Assembly (NCBI RefSeq): GCF_004010195.1
Contig: NC_057717.1
Coordinates: forward strand, 102,355,002 to 102,419,001
Length of the DNA stretch: 64,000 bases
Direction of reading: 5' to 3'
Origin: Chiloscyllium plagiosum
Lineage: Eukaryota
Under the pieces are notes generated by a model. That model was not told the origin of the DNA, made no database searches, and saw only the letters and a program-made list of their open reading frames with translations. Both the position numbers and the translations under genes were made by a program. This document shows, one piece after another, positions 24,362 through 38,000 of this stretch (the first letter of the stretch is position 1; every line of letters starts with the position of its first letter).

Positions 24362-25612
24362 AAGTTAAAAATCACACAACACTGGGTTATAGTCCAACAG
24401 GTTCATTTGGAAGTACCAGCTTTCGGAGCTCTGCTCCTTCATCAGGTAGCTAGTGGGACAGGATCATAGGACACAGAATTTATAGAAAAAGATTAAAGTG
24501 GCGTACAACTGAGGCAATGTATTGAACTAATCTAGATGGCTGCTCAGTCTTTAATCACTTAGAATGGGACTGCAGGTTTCGATTAATTAATATGTAAATC
24601 TCAGAACTTCTTTGAATTCACATTCCTGAGATAATTTAAGGGTTTTTTTTAAAAGAAAAGGTGACATTACCACTCAGACAATGCATTCCAAGTATAAGGT
24701 TAGACTCTATCTGTATTCCAACCTTGAGTCAGACTGGTTCTATTTCCTAAGTAGGAATTTATAAAATGTCACGTGGACTGACTGCCTGCAGATTGTGTGC
24801 TTTTTGAACAAAATAGAATGTTTCTGCAAACACAAATCTGCAAATGCAAATTTATCCCACAGACTTGTATGTGTGTGTGTACGTGTGTGTGTTGTGTGTG
24901 TGTATGTGTGTGAGAATGAGGGAGGGAGGGAGAGAGAGAGAGTGTGTATATGTGTGTGAGAGAGGGAGGGAGAGAGAGTGTGTATATGTGTGTGTGCATG
25001 TGTGTGACAGAGGGAGGGAGGGAGAGAGTATGTGTGTGCATGAGTATGACAAAGTATATGCCTGTTAGAGGGTNNNNNNNNNNNNNNNNNNNNNNNNNNN
25101 NNNNNNNNNNNNNNNNNNNNNNNNNNNNNNNNNNNNNNNNNNNNNNNNNNNNNNNNNNNNNNNNNNNNNNNNNNNNNNNNNNNNNNNNNNNNNNNNNNNN
25201 NNNNNNNNNNNNNNNNNNNNNNNNNNNNNNNNNNNNNNNNNNNNNNNNNNNNNNNNNNNNNNNNNNNNNNNNNNNNNNNNNNNNNNNNNNNNNNNNNNNN
25301 NNNNNNNNNNNNNNNNNNNNNNNNNNNNNNNNNNNNNNNNNNNNNNNNNNNNNNNNNNNNNNNNNNNNNNNNGGTTAGCAATGACAAAGTATATGCCTGT
25401 GAGAGGGTGGGCGTGTGAGTGTGTGAGTGTGGGTGTGTGTGGGTGTCTGAGAAAGAGCATGACTATGAGAGAGGGTCTGCGTGAGTGTGTGAATACAAAA
25501 TCCAAAAGCTAGTGCTTCCAAATAAACCTAGTGGACTATGACCTGGTGTTGTGTGAGTTTTAACTTTGTCCACTCCAGTCCAACACTGGCTCCTCCACAT
25601 CATGGCTTCCAA
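24362..25612. mobile_element. Penelope-derived element with family termini in inverted orientation, internal GT/GA microsatellite and gap 25074-25372
   Basis: Both ends match the AATCACACAACACCAGGTTATAGTCC family. Confidence 0.65.
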
Positions 25613-26812
25613 ATAAGTCATAGTCATTGAGTCATCCAGCATGGAAACAGACCCTTTGGTCCAGACAGCCCATGCTGACCCTAATCCCAAACTAAACTAG
25701 TCCCAAATGCCTCCTCCTGGCCCATATCCCTCCAGACCTTTCCTATTCATGTACTTATCCAAATGTCTTTTAAACATTGTAATTGTACCCATGTTCACCA
25801 CTTCCTCAGAAAGTTCATTCCATACACGAACCATTCTCTGTGCAAACAAATTGCCCCTCACGTCTTCCGTATCTGTTGGGGATCATCATTGTAAGTATTC
25901 TGTGTACCCTCTCCAGTGCCTTTGCATCCCGTTCAATAATACTGTAACCAGGAATGCATTCAGCATTCAGGGTGTGATCTTCAACACTAGTTGGTCATTG
26001 CTTTACAATTCTTGCTCTCTCGATATAATGGGCACTTCTTCATCCCCTACCTTACCCTACCCGCCATCAACAGCACAAATACCACCACATTCGAGTTGCT
26101 TCCAGTTCTGAAGAAGGGGCACTGGATTCGAAACTCGGTTTCTCTCCCCACAGAGGCTGCCAGATCTGCTGAGTTTCTCCAGCGCTCTCTGCTTTCAAAT
26201 GCAGAGCAGCTTGGAATTCACTTTTCTTGCTCCATGGTGGTTCAACTCTCCGTTCGGGTGAAGGAGAAAGAACAACTTGGAGGAAGAGTGTAAGACAGAC
26301 GCTCCCCCTTCAGCAGCGACAAGGGGAACAGAATAACCTGAAATACCAGATTGCAGAGCGGGCTGGGACATTGCAAAAGGAGTGAACACAGCTGTGGATC
26401 TAAGGAGTCTTATGCATGAGCCGTTGTAAAGTTTCTGTGAAAACAAACACTCCCTTCTCTCTCAGCTCTCTGCTTTTGGCCACCCAGGAAGTTAAGCGTG
26501 CTCTGAGTAGGGATGGAGGAGTGGTGAAGGATACAAGGGGAGAGGGAGCTAGTTTGGATGGCAAATAGAGTCTGCAAACCCCAGTGCAGGTTAACTGCCC
26601 AGGAACAGGGGTTCAAGTAAGTTAGATGAGGTTGGCTTGAGTTCAGCGAGGAGGAGAGTGGGGGCAGTATTGATGGGTTTGTTACGATGGCTTGTGAGTC
26701 TTGCTCAGTTCACATTGAGCCTGTTGTCTTTCAGTGACCCTCAGCCTGAGATTGATCGCTCAACCTGAGTAAAGTGTCCAAGTGACAGCAGGAAGCTGCG
26801 CTGGTCATAAGA

Positions 26813-26988
26813 TTAAAAATCCCACAACACCAGGTTACAGTCCAACAGGTTTGTTTGGAAGCACTAGCTATCGGAGCGCTGCTCCTTCATCAGGTGCAAC
26901 CAAATAAACCTGTTGGACTATAACCTGGTGTTGTGTGATTTTTAACTTTGTGCACCCCCATTCCAACACCGGCACCTCCACATCATGA
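26813..26988. mobile_element. Fold-back Penelope-derived element with 12-bp TSD (CTGGTCATAAGA / CTGTTCATAAGA)
   Basis: TSD at 26801-26812 and 26989-27000, one mismatch. Confidence 0.75.
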
Positions 26989-27132
26989 CTGTTCATAAGA
27001 GTCGTAGACTCTTTACAACACAGAAGAAAGGCTACACAGCCCATCATGTCTGTGCTGGTATTCTAACCTTATTTCCCAGCATTTGGCCTGCAGACTTGTT
27101 TGCGACGTAGTTTTAGGTCCTCAGCTAAATAC

Positions 27133-27367
27133 ATAGAATCCCAACAGCATCCCATTCAAGTCCACACCAACACTCCAAAGAGCATTCCACCCTGTAATCC
27201 CCGCGGCCAATCCACCCTAAGCTGCACATCTTTGGACTGTGAGGAAACCCACGCAGACACGGGGAGAATGTGCAAACCCCACACAGACAGTCGCCTGCAG
27301 CTGGAATCAAACCCAGGTCCCTGGTGCTGTGAGGCAGCAGTGCTAACCACTGAGCCACCGTGCCGTC
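27133..27367 (-). mobile_element. HE1-like V-SINE
   Basis: Head and V-domain on the minus strand. Confidence 0.85.
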
Positions 27368-28381
27368 CTAAACATCTCGAGCATTCTCACCTCTACCACC
27401 CCTTTAAGCGTACGGTGGAGGTGATGGCCTTGCGGCATTATCGCTAGACTGTTAATCCAGAGACCCAGGTAAGTGGAGACCTGGGTTCAAACTCTGATGC
27501 ATCAGATGGTAGAATTTGCATCCAATTAAAAACATGGAATTAAGAATCTAATGAATCTGTTGTCAGTTGTCGGAAAAACCCATCTGTTTCACTAATGTCC
27601 TTCAGGGAAGGAAACTGCCATCCTTACCAGTCTGTGACTCCAGACCCACAGCAATGCAGTCACTTCATAACTTCATTTGCCTCTGGGCAAATTAGTGTTG
27701 AGCAATAAATGCTGGCTTGGTCAGCGATACTTACAGCCCATGAATGAATAAAGGAAGTTCCAGATAGCTCCTCTCAGCCTCCAGATTTTTACCTGAACTC
27801 TTCCACTAAGAGAAATGCCGTCTCCCTATCTAGCCTATCCACATCCCTCAGAAGTTTGTACGTCCCAATTCGGTTCTACCCCCACTTCCCCAGCTTTCCC
27901 TGCTTTGCAGACAGCAAAGCCAATGGCCTCTCTCTATCGCTGAATCCCTCCAGGCCGGGTAACATTCTGGCGAACCTCCCCTGCACCCTCGCTCGTGCAG
28001 TCCACCTCTTCCTCTGGGAGCTCAGAATGCTGAGGTTACCATTAGAAACGAACGCCCCATTTAATTCCATTTGGAAACCACATCCACAGCCCTCCATCTG
28101 GGACACCCCTCCCCAGATCATCGAGGGCCGAACATTACCGAGCTGTAATGTTCCATCTGGAGTGACAGCTCCCCTCCCCGGTTCAGGAGGGAGAGAGTGT
28201 GCGTCACGTTTCTGAACAAGAGGAGATTGTTCCCCCAAACTCCAGCTGGCAATTTGCAAATATTTCAAACTAATTGTTGCTACGGAAGGATTTATCTCTG
28301 TCAGCAGTTGCTAGGTTGACAGAAGGGGGAAGGTTTAAACGTTTTGGTGTCAATCATCGTGGAGGTGGAGATGAGTAAAAT

Positions 28382-28432
28382 CCAATGCTTGCTCAGCTGG
28401 GCGGGTCAGTTACACACACTGGCCTTTATAAA
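28382..28432 (+). promoter_or_regulatory. Keratin core promoter: CCAAT (28382-28386), GC box GGGCGG (28399-28404), TATAAA (28427-28432)
   Basis: Canonical order and spacing about 165 bp upstream of the start ATG. Confidence 0.75.
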
Positions 28433-28592
28433 GTCAGCTGCAACAGGCTGGAGAATGGGATGCTCAGAGCTATTCCCAGCCAGTTCATAGCTACTTTTGT
28501 GAAGTTGTAGCCTAGTCTGCAAGTCACGAGGAGAGACGTTTGAGTGCTGTTGACAATAAGTGTTTTTACTTCCCGGGTTTAAGCAGTTAAGC

Positions 28593-29027
28593 ATGTTACG
28601 CTCATCAGCAATGTCAGTGGGTGGGTTGCATGGTGGTTTAAGGGGTGTGGGTGGGGGGCAGATGGTCTCCAGGTCCAGCTTCACAAGTTCAAGCCAACGG
28701 TATGGAGCAGGAAGGAACCTGGGGATGAGTTCCTTCGAAGGGTTAGCAGGAGGTTCCTTCGGGGGATCAGCAGGAGGTTCCTTTGGGGGTTCAGGAGGAA
28801 GGTCAGCCTCAATGTCTCAGTCAGGGATGTCAGGCTGCATTGGCAATGAGAAGGAAACCATGGTGAAATTAAATGACCGGCTTTGCACGTACCTGCAGAA
28901 GGTGAAGGAGATGGAGGAGGAGAATAATAAGCTAGAACTGCAGCTGAAACAATTCCAAGTTGGGAAGGCCATATCAGGCATCGACTATGCTGCTTATGAT
29001 GCAGTGATCAAGCCACTGAGGGAGGAG
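28593..29027 (+). CDS. Keratin exon 1 (head + coil 1A + L1)
   Basis: ATG at 28593 (MLRSSAMS...PLREE), 435 nt, donor GTGAGT at 29028, phase 0. Confidence 0.95.
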
Positions 29028-32000
29028 GTGAGTGGACAGCAGAGCTGCATGTTCAGAGATGTGCGATCTTCCGCCATGTTAATTCTTTGCTGAGCGCCGA
29101 AGACGCTGGGGGTGGGGGGAGGGTCGGTGGAGGTGGATAACGGTACTGCCTGTGCACTGTCATTCAGATTCAGTCTCAGTGCAGTTAGCGGATGTGACCG
29201 TCTGTTTTCACTGAAGGATAAAATGCCAATGTGATTAGGTTAAGGATGCCCCCCCTCAGCCACTCTTGGGGCACTCCTGCCTGCTGAGAAACTAACAGGA
29301 TTGAAACTAGACGGAGTGTAAAAAACAGTGTCACTCTAGAATCCTGCCACAGGAATTGAATCCCACTCTACCAGTCATTGTAGTGGGACCATGAGCCAGT
29401 CTAAATGCATGTGACCCCCTCCCACCCCTGCAATGGCTGAGGAGCCTTGTAACTCATTCCGTTCCACAGGCAAACCTCTTGAAAAGATCTGGCGCTGCGT
29501 TTCAGAGAAATCGCTGGAGAAACACAGCAGGTGCGGCAGCATATGTGGAGAGAGAAAGTGGAGTTAATGTTTTGAGTCAGATAACCATCAGCAGAACTGG
29601 AACCTGTTTTCACACTGGGCTTCAGGAGCTGTCAGGCAGGATAAGGGACTCAGTTAAGAGTATTAACTTATAAATTCTGTTCAGTTGAGATATCCTGTTG
29701 AAACCTGATCAATAACAGCTTCAAGGGATAAAGTATTCCAATTTACTGTGAGTGTGCTATCCTGATTTGGAAGCTGTCTTGCTAATTATTATGAGTGCTT
29801 GTAATAATGTTATCGATCTGTCTATAAATTAAAGCTAAATCTCAGAGGTATTGTCGACCTCAGTGTTCAAGCTGACATTAGCATTTGAAAGAACATAGTG
29901 ATAGACAAGACTCCTAGACATTGTTCCACTCAGCTATGAGTTACAGTTGCTATGGTTCCAAGGGACTTCCCTCCCATTTGGGAGAAACAGCTGGGTCACT
30001 GCACCTCAGGAGAGGGGAGAGGTTGAGAAGGACAGTCCTTCATGGTAACCTCAGCCAGTGGTGGGAATTGAACCTCAGGTGGTTGCTGTGAATCAGCCAC
30101 CTGAGCTAACCAACCACCAATTGCACCATCAAAGACACTGGAGAATGGGGTCAAAAAAGTGTGGTGCTGGAAAAGCACAGCCGGTCAGGCAGCATCTGAA
30201 GAGCAGGAGAGTCGATGTTTCAGACATAAGCCCTTCATCAGCTCTTCATTCCTGATGAAGAGCTAATGCCTGAAATGTCGACTCTCCTGCTCCTCGGATG
30301 CTGCCTGACCTGCTGTGCTTTTCCAGCACCACACCTTTTGATTCTGGTCTCCAGCGCCTGCCCTCTTCACTTTCGCCATATGGTGGAATGTGCCTTTCCA
30401 AAACGCGTGTGCCACATTGAGGCTCGAAGGCGGGAAAACTGGCTGCCTAGTCCGTCTCAATGGACACAGCCCCCGTACTGCCTCACCTCACCAAACACCC
30501 ATCAACACAGCATCCAACTCATTCATCAATCTGAGTGTACCTGGGTGAATGCCTGTGTCCTCATGGTCTACCCTGTGTGCTCTTCACTCTAGATACTGGC
30601 ACTTCATCTTGGAAACGCTCGCCTGGCTCTCGACCTTGACAATGCAACTCTGGCTGCAAAGGACTTCACAACCAAGTACGTACCTCTGTTCTCTACCGAT
30701 CGAACAATGTCGCACCCATGTGGAGAGAAAACTCCGCTCTGCAGGCAATTTGTGGTTTGACCCTCTGTGCCTTCTGAGAAGGTTGTGGTGTCCCTTCTGT
30801 GTCTTACTGTTGGTTACGATGTGGAGGAGCCGGTGTCGGACTGGGGTGGACAAAGTTCAACATCACACAACACCAGGTTATAGTGCAACAGGTTTATTTG
30901 GAAGCACTAGCTTTTGGAGCGCCGCTCCTTCATCAGGGCAGAATCCTGTTCCACAACCACCTGATGATGGAGCGGTGCTCCGAAAGCTAATGCTTCCAAG
31001 TAAACCTGTTGGACTATAACCTGGTGTTGTGTGATTTTTAACTTACTGATTAAATTAGATTCCTTACAGGGTGGAAACAGGCCTCTTGGCCTAACCAGTC
31101 CACACTGACCCTCCAAAGATAACCCACCCAGACCCATTCCCCTCTGACTAATGCACCTAACACTATGGGGTAATTTAGCATGGCCAATCCACCTGACCTG
31201 CACATTATTGGACTGTAGGAGGAAACTCACGCAGACACGGGGCAAATGTGCAAGCTCCACACAAACGAGGCTGGGATCGAACCCGGGTTCCTAGCAATAT
31301 GAGGCAGCAGTGCTAACCACTGAGCCACTGTGCTGCCCATATGATGACTAGCAAGGCCATTCCAGGGTTTTAACTCGATGGCTTTCATGCTAATTTGGAA
31401 ACATACCAAAAGCAATCACTGGGTCTGTATTATTTATTCACTGCACAAGGGACTGAGGATTTCTCCAAGCCAGCTCGTCCACAATCTCAATCGATCAAAG
31501 TAACAAACCGCAGGGGCATGGGAGGTGGGTGTGTGTTGAGAGAGAGGTCCAGCAGAATTATCAACAGCCAGTTCATTCTTAAAGCATGGAGACCTTGGTG
31601 ACTGTTGTTTCTGAACGTGGTCGAGTGCCTCAAAGTTTTGCCAGTACTGCTTCCACGAGTGGGCAGTGTTGGTATCTCACGTATGGATCTGATTGGCTGT
31701 TTGTGGGATCCATCATAGAATCATACAATACAGAAGAGGCCCTTCGGCCCATTGAACCCATCACGTTCAATCCTTGCTCTAGTTGAACAAGTTATTTTTC
31801 ATTCCTAATCTTCAAACCAGATATGAGAATGAGCTGTGCATCAAGCAGTCTGTGGAATGTGATATTGCAGACCTGAAGGCACTGAAAGAGGAATATATAA
31901 TGAATTACTCCATTTTGGAAGGTGATATAGCGGCAGCGAATGAAGACCTTGCGAACCTGAAGAAGAACCATGAAGAGGTAAGTTTGGCACCATCACCCAT

Positions 32001-35000
32001 CTGTCAGCTGTTTCACTCCTTGAGGGGTCTACTCCCAAACCATCAATGCCCAAGAGTCACTGAGTTGAACTTAGAATCCCTACACTGTGGAAGCAGGCCC
32101 TTCGGCCCAACAAGTCCACAGTGACCCTTTGAAGAATAACCCATCCAGATGCATTCCCCTACTCTATTACTCTACATTTTCCCCCCTGACTAATGCACTT
32201 AACCAATACATTCCTGAACACTATGGGCAATTTATCCTATCCTGCACAACTTTGGATTGTGGGAGGAAACTGGAGCACCCCAAGGGAATCCACACAGACA
32301 CAGGGAGAACGTGCAAACTCCACACAGACAGCCGCCCGAAGCTGGAATCGAATCCAGGCCCCTGGTGCTGTGAGTCAGCAGTGCTAACCACTGGGCCACC
32401 GTGCCGCCCTTGGGTCTATCAGCGACCAACCATGAATTTGAGATCATTCAATATGGAGGACAATGTCTCCTTGACGGAAGATGCCACATGCTCAGCCCTC
32501 GTTGAAATGTGATTTATTGTGTGTGTGAAAGATTTCAATGCGTATCAACATTGTAAATATCTCAAAGAGAAGTCCCTAATGGGTGTGTGTGTTTGGTTTT
32601 AGGAAATGGTTGAACTGAGGAAGCAAATGACTGGTACAGTCACTGTGGATGTTTCAGCTGAAGCCAGCACTGACATTACTAAGCAACTGAGTGAAATGAG
32701 GGAGAACTATAATGCCCTCTGCAAGAAGAATCAAAGTGAACTTGACAATTGGTACAAATTACAGGTATCTGTACGTGTAAACCTGTGAATCCAGAAGGGG
32801 ACAAGTTCCATTTCCAAACTGAATTCAGAGAGAGGAGACAGTTAGGTCAATGTAATGTTGAAGGTTTTGGAACCCTTATTTTGATAGACAATAATCGCAA
32901 AGTTAGTTCAAGATGGGAATCTTGCCAGGCTTTTAGAGACCACGGCTATCAGAAAAGAGTGATCATTGGATTTGGGAGGGATTTGCAGCCACTGTGGGTT
33001 TTCCCAGTGACTGATCAGAAATAGGGTGTGAACAACTCCAGTTAATCTGCCTGTTGAGCTCCTTTTTGTGAGGCTAGCCTGGGGATTCGAGCGTCAGGAT
33101 GGTCCATGGTGAGTCTACCAATTGCCAAGGGGTCCTCGCTGTGGTTTGCTGGGGGTGGACTTTCCTCCCACCAGCCACTAATGCCTAAGAAAGAGACACA
33201 CCCACACACACTCACACACTCTGTCTCTCTCACACACACACACACACACTCTCTCTCTCACACACACATGCACACTCACTCACACAATCTGTCACACACA
33301 CCCTCTCACACACTCTCTCTCACACACACTGTCTCTTCACACACACACTGTCTCTCTCACACACACACACACACGCTATCACACATACACACTCTTACAC
33401 TCTGTCTTGCACACACACCCACACACTCTGTCTCTCACACACACATGATTTGGAGATGCCGGTGTTGGACTGGGGCGTACGAAGTTAAAAATCACAACAC
33501 CAGGTTATAGTCCAACAGGTTTAATTGGAAGCACTAGCTTTCAGAGCACTGCTCCTTCATCAGGTGGTTGTGGAGGGCACAATTGTAATGCACAGAATTT
33601 ATAGAAAAAGTTTAGAGTGTGATATAACTGAAATTATACACTGAAAAACACCTTGATTGTTTGTCACACATACTCACTCTCTCTCACACACTCAAACACA
33701 CACACACATACACACATTCTCACATATACTCTCAGACACACACACATACTTTCACACACACACATACTCTCATACACACTCACACACACACATACTCTCA
33801 TACACACTCTCACACACACACACCCGACCTCTTGCCTAGCCTGAGGCCTGATGACCCTCAGGTTAAAACCCCATGAGTCATCTCTCTGTAATGAGAGAGC
33901 AGGACCATGGCGACTTTACCTCAACTTAACGTTTATATTCCATCTCTGTCAGTCACTGCTGTCCTGCTATTGGGAAAATCCTGCCATTGGAAAACATTAA
34001 GCTTCACTCCCAAAACCTGTCTCGCTGTTTTGATTTCTAAAGTTGCATTTAATCCCTGCTGTGAGGCATGCACTGTCCAGTTTAGCAGCTGTTTTGTGCT
34101 GATGCCCTGTCTCCATTAGATCTTGGATGGCATCAACTCAAAGCCATGTAGCCACGTCGTAGTCAATAGACCAGGGTTTTCACAGCAGCCTGGGGCTGGA
34201 TATAATCCCAGGGGATGAGCTATTCACCCCTCAGATCTCATTTCACCTCTACCATAGTGCCTGCATTTGACTACAATTTTCTTCTCCATTTTCAAGGTGG
34301 AAACACAGACGAAGCAGACTGTAGAGGTCAATGAGGCAGCGAAAGCCTCCAGTCTTGAGATTAAGGAATTACACAGGCAACTTCAGAGCTTGGAGGCGGA
34401 GTATAATTCTCTGCTCAGCGGGGTAAGTGTGGACGGAAGGGTTCAGTCAATGCCTCTCATTTTAACTGACGACCTACTGGTACATGATGTTGCCATCTGT
34501 GACTTCAGATATAACCCAAACAGCAGGATGCCTGGAACTGTGACAGAAGGCAGCCCCTTGCCTTTCGTGAAGGCTCATTGTCAAACAGTGTGGCTCTGGA
34601 AAAGCACAGCCAGTCAGGCAGCATCCGAGGAGCAGGAGAATCGACGTTTCGGGCATGGGCTGTTCATCTTGGCACTTCTCCAATTTAGAACTTATATTCC
34701 CAACCTACCTTTATCCATAACTATTCTCAGTCTTACCTCAGTTATGATCACTGTCTCCAAAATGCTGCCCCACTGAAACCTGATTAGAGACAAATAAAAC
34801 TGCAGACACTGGAATCCGAACTTCTGGCGCCACACGTTTTGACTCTGATCTCCAGCATCTGCAGTCCTCACGCTCTCCCTGAGAAGTCTCGTTGGTCCAT
34901 TGTCACACAGTAAGCGGGTATTTGCTCTCAGATCCCCAGAGAGCCCAACAAGGGAGGAGGTCAAAGGTCACACAACACCGAGTTATAGTTCCAACAGGTT

Positions 35001-38000
35001 TATCTGAAACCACAAACATTCGGTGCGCTACACCTTCATCAGGTGAAGTTCTTCCAAAAGAACTTGTGATTTCAAATTAACCCATTGGACTATAAGCCAG
35101 CGCCGAGTGACTTTGCCCACCCCAGCCCAACACTGGCTACTCCACATCGTCATACCAACTGGATTCATCCCTCCCATCGACCAACCAGGTCATACCCACG
35201 ACCTGTGTTCACCTATCACCACCTCGTCATTCTGCTACTCTCCCCCCTCCTCCATTTCCTCCTTCTCTCTTTATCTGTAACTTCTCCCTCACCCACCCCG
35301 AGTCCTGAAGAAGGGTTACACCTGAAACGTTGACTTCTCCACCTCCTTGTGCTGCCTGGCTCGCTGTGTTCTTTCAGCCCCCTGCTTATCCATTTTGGAT
35401 TCCAGCGTCTGCAGTTTTTCTATTGTCTCCAACCGGACTTCAGTGGGGCAGCATTTTGGAGACAGTGATCACAACCGAGTTAGACTTCGGATAGTTATGG
35501 ATAAGTCTAGGCTGAGAATAAAAGTTCTAAACTGGAGAAGGGCCAAGTCAAATTTTATCTGAGCAAAGCAGCTGCTTAAAATCATTGTGTGAGTGAAATG
35601 GCAGGGATTCAAGAAGGAATAGCGAGGGATGTTGAGGGAGGTAAAGGAGGAGGGAGCAGAGACCCTCATTGTCAAACAGTGTTATGTTCAAGCCATCTCT
35701 GGCCAAAGGTTAGTTGCCGGAAAATGGCCAATGTCATCTCATTATGAGAAAAGGGAGGAAGGGATAAACCAGAAACCACAGGACAGTCAGACTGATCTCA
35801 GTGGTGGGAAGTGATGAGAGAGAATTCTGAGGGCAGTTTATATCTGGATGGTCTATTTTCTGTAAGGGGGGGGCTGTTATTGATGAGGTTTGAAATCCAT
35901 TAATCCCTGGATTGAAAAGGTACAGTCAGCAGGGATTTATTCAAGGAACAAGATGCTTGACCAATTTGAATTTCTTGAGGAGGTGCAGTGGTTCAGTAGC
36001 TAGCACTGCCGTCTCACTGCGCCAGGAACCCAGGTTCGATTCCCGCATCGGGTGACAGTCTGTGCGGAGTTTGCACATTCTCCCTGAGTCTGCGTGGGTT
36101 TCCTCCAAGAATCCAAAGCTGTGCAGCTTGGGTGGATTGGCTATGTTAAGTTGCCCATAGTGTGCAGCCCACGTGGACTAGCCTTGGGAAATATAGAGCG
36201 GGTGGGTGGATCTGGGTGGGATGCTGTTCAGAGGGTTAGTATGGATTTGGTGGGTTGAGTGGCCTTCTGCCACACTGTAGGGGATCTATGACAGAGACAT
36301 GCGAGAGTGTTGACAAGGGCAAAGTATTTGACCTGAACTTTGGCAAGGGTTTTGATAAGGTCTCTCTTATCATTTAAGCTGCATTTAGATATTCACTTGC
36401 AATTATGCAGCCTCCAGGACTGCGAGATTAATGTAGTCAGAGAGTTATGGACCCAGCATGGACATGAACATTTTCATTCTGTGCTGTAAGTGCGAGACTC
36501 TGTGTGCCTCCATCTTCTTTGAAGACCAACAGAGAAAGAGTGGTGTCGGACACTGATCTTGAATGTCCGACCTGTCCCCCCATCTCCCACCTCCATGAGG
36601 TACAGGTATGTTGGGTCAGTTGCAAAACTGTCAATGGGTCATAGACAGGGTAGTGATGGTGATGGGGGAGGTGGAAGTTGGCAGGAAGCTATTGGAGAAT
36701 TGAAATCTCTTTGGCTCCACATTAATGTATTTGACTGACAGAACCCCTCGAGGATATCATTCGAAAAGTATTCACAATTTTGCCTCTTTCCTACCCCACC
36801 TCACCTCTCTCTCCGCCCCCATCCCCACCCCCATTTGCAGAATGCTTTCTTGGAAGCCAACATTCAGAATATCAATGATACGTATTGTGGGAAACTTGAG
36901 AACCTGAAGATGAATGTTTCCAGATTGGAGATGGAGCTGACCAACTTGAGGTCTGAACTCGAACAGAAGGTGAAAGATTATGGGGCCCTGCTGAACATCA
37001 AGATGAGACTTGAGGCTGAGATTGAGAATTACAAGAAGCTCCTCGATGGATCAGCTGTTTGGTAAAGCTGCTGTGTTGAAGTCCATTGGGGCATCACTAA
37101 TGCTCGTGCATAGATTTGCTGTTTATTAACTCTCGGGGGTGCAATGTGTATATTACTCTGACTCTGAACGGATGACAGAAATTCCACTCTGCCATGCAGC
37201 CCAACACCTTTCTTTTTTATGAGTGACCGGGCATATTCCAGATTAGTACGCCAACCTTTATCTGACCACACCTCTCTCCCTCATTCCAACGGGTGTATTC
37301 ACCAAGTAAAGAGAAGCCACGCCCACTAAATCTTTGGACCGACCAATCTACGTGGGGAGTCAGTGACTTAGTGACATTACCACCATGGGCCCAGGTTATG
37401 GTCCAGGGACCTGGCTTTAAGGTTGCAAGTTAGCTCACTGAGCTGGAAGGGTTGTTTTCAGACATTTCGTCACCATGCTAGGTAACATCATCAGTGAGCC
37501 TCCGGTGAAGCACTGGTGGTATGGCCCTCTTTTTATTTATGTGTCTTGGTCTGTTAAGACACACAAATAGAAAGTGGGACATAATATCAGCGCTTCACCG
37601 GAGGCTCGCTGATGATGTTTTGTCCCACTTTCTATTTATGTGTCTTAAAAGACTGAGACACATAAATAAAAAGTGAGACGTAACACCAGTGTTTCACCGG
37701 AAGCTCACTGACGATGTTACCTAGTATGGTGACGAAACGTCTGAAAACAAACTTTCCAGCTCAGCGAGCTAACTTACAACCTGAACCTTAATCTGAGCTA
37801 CAAATCTTCTCAGAAATCGCAAACCTGGCTTTAAATCCTACTACAGTAAATAAATACAGTAAAATCTGTACACTGTTGATGACTGTAAAACCACTAATTA
37901 CAAAAAGAAAGTCCATCTGGTACGCTGATGCTTTAAGGAAGAAAATCTGCTGTTCTTATCCTGGTCTGGCCTACGTGTGACTCCAGACCGAAAGTAATTT

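Noticed and set aside
24415..24450. Other hammerhead-like motifs as functional ribozymes (also ~1760-1825, ~3450-3510, ~26106, ~26862, ~30215-30282, ~39590, ~61770)
   Set aside because: Core substitutions (broken GAAA or CUGA, G at the cleavage position, or disrupted helix II) predict inactivity.
37062..37065. Keratin ending at TAA just after exon 6 (GSAVW-stop)
   Set aside because: The canonical 221-bp exon ends at a GT donor and phase-compatible tail exons exist downstream; intron retention cannot be excluded without RNA data.
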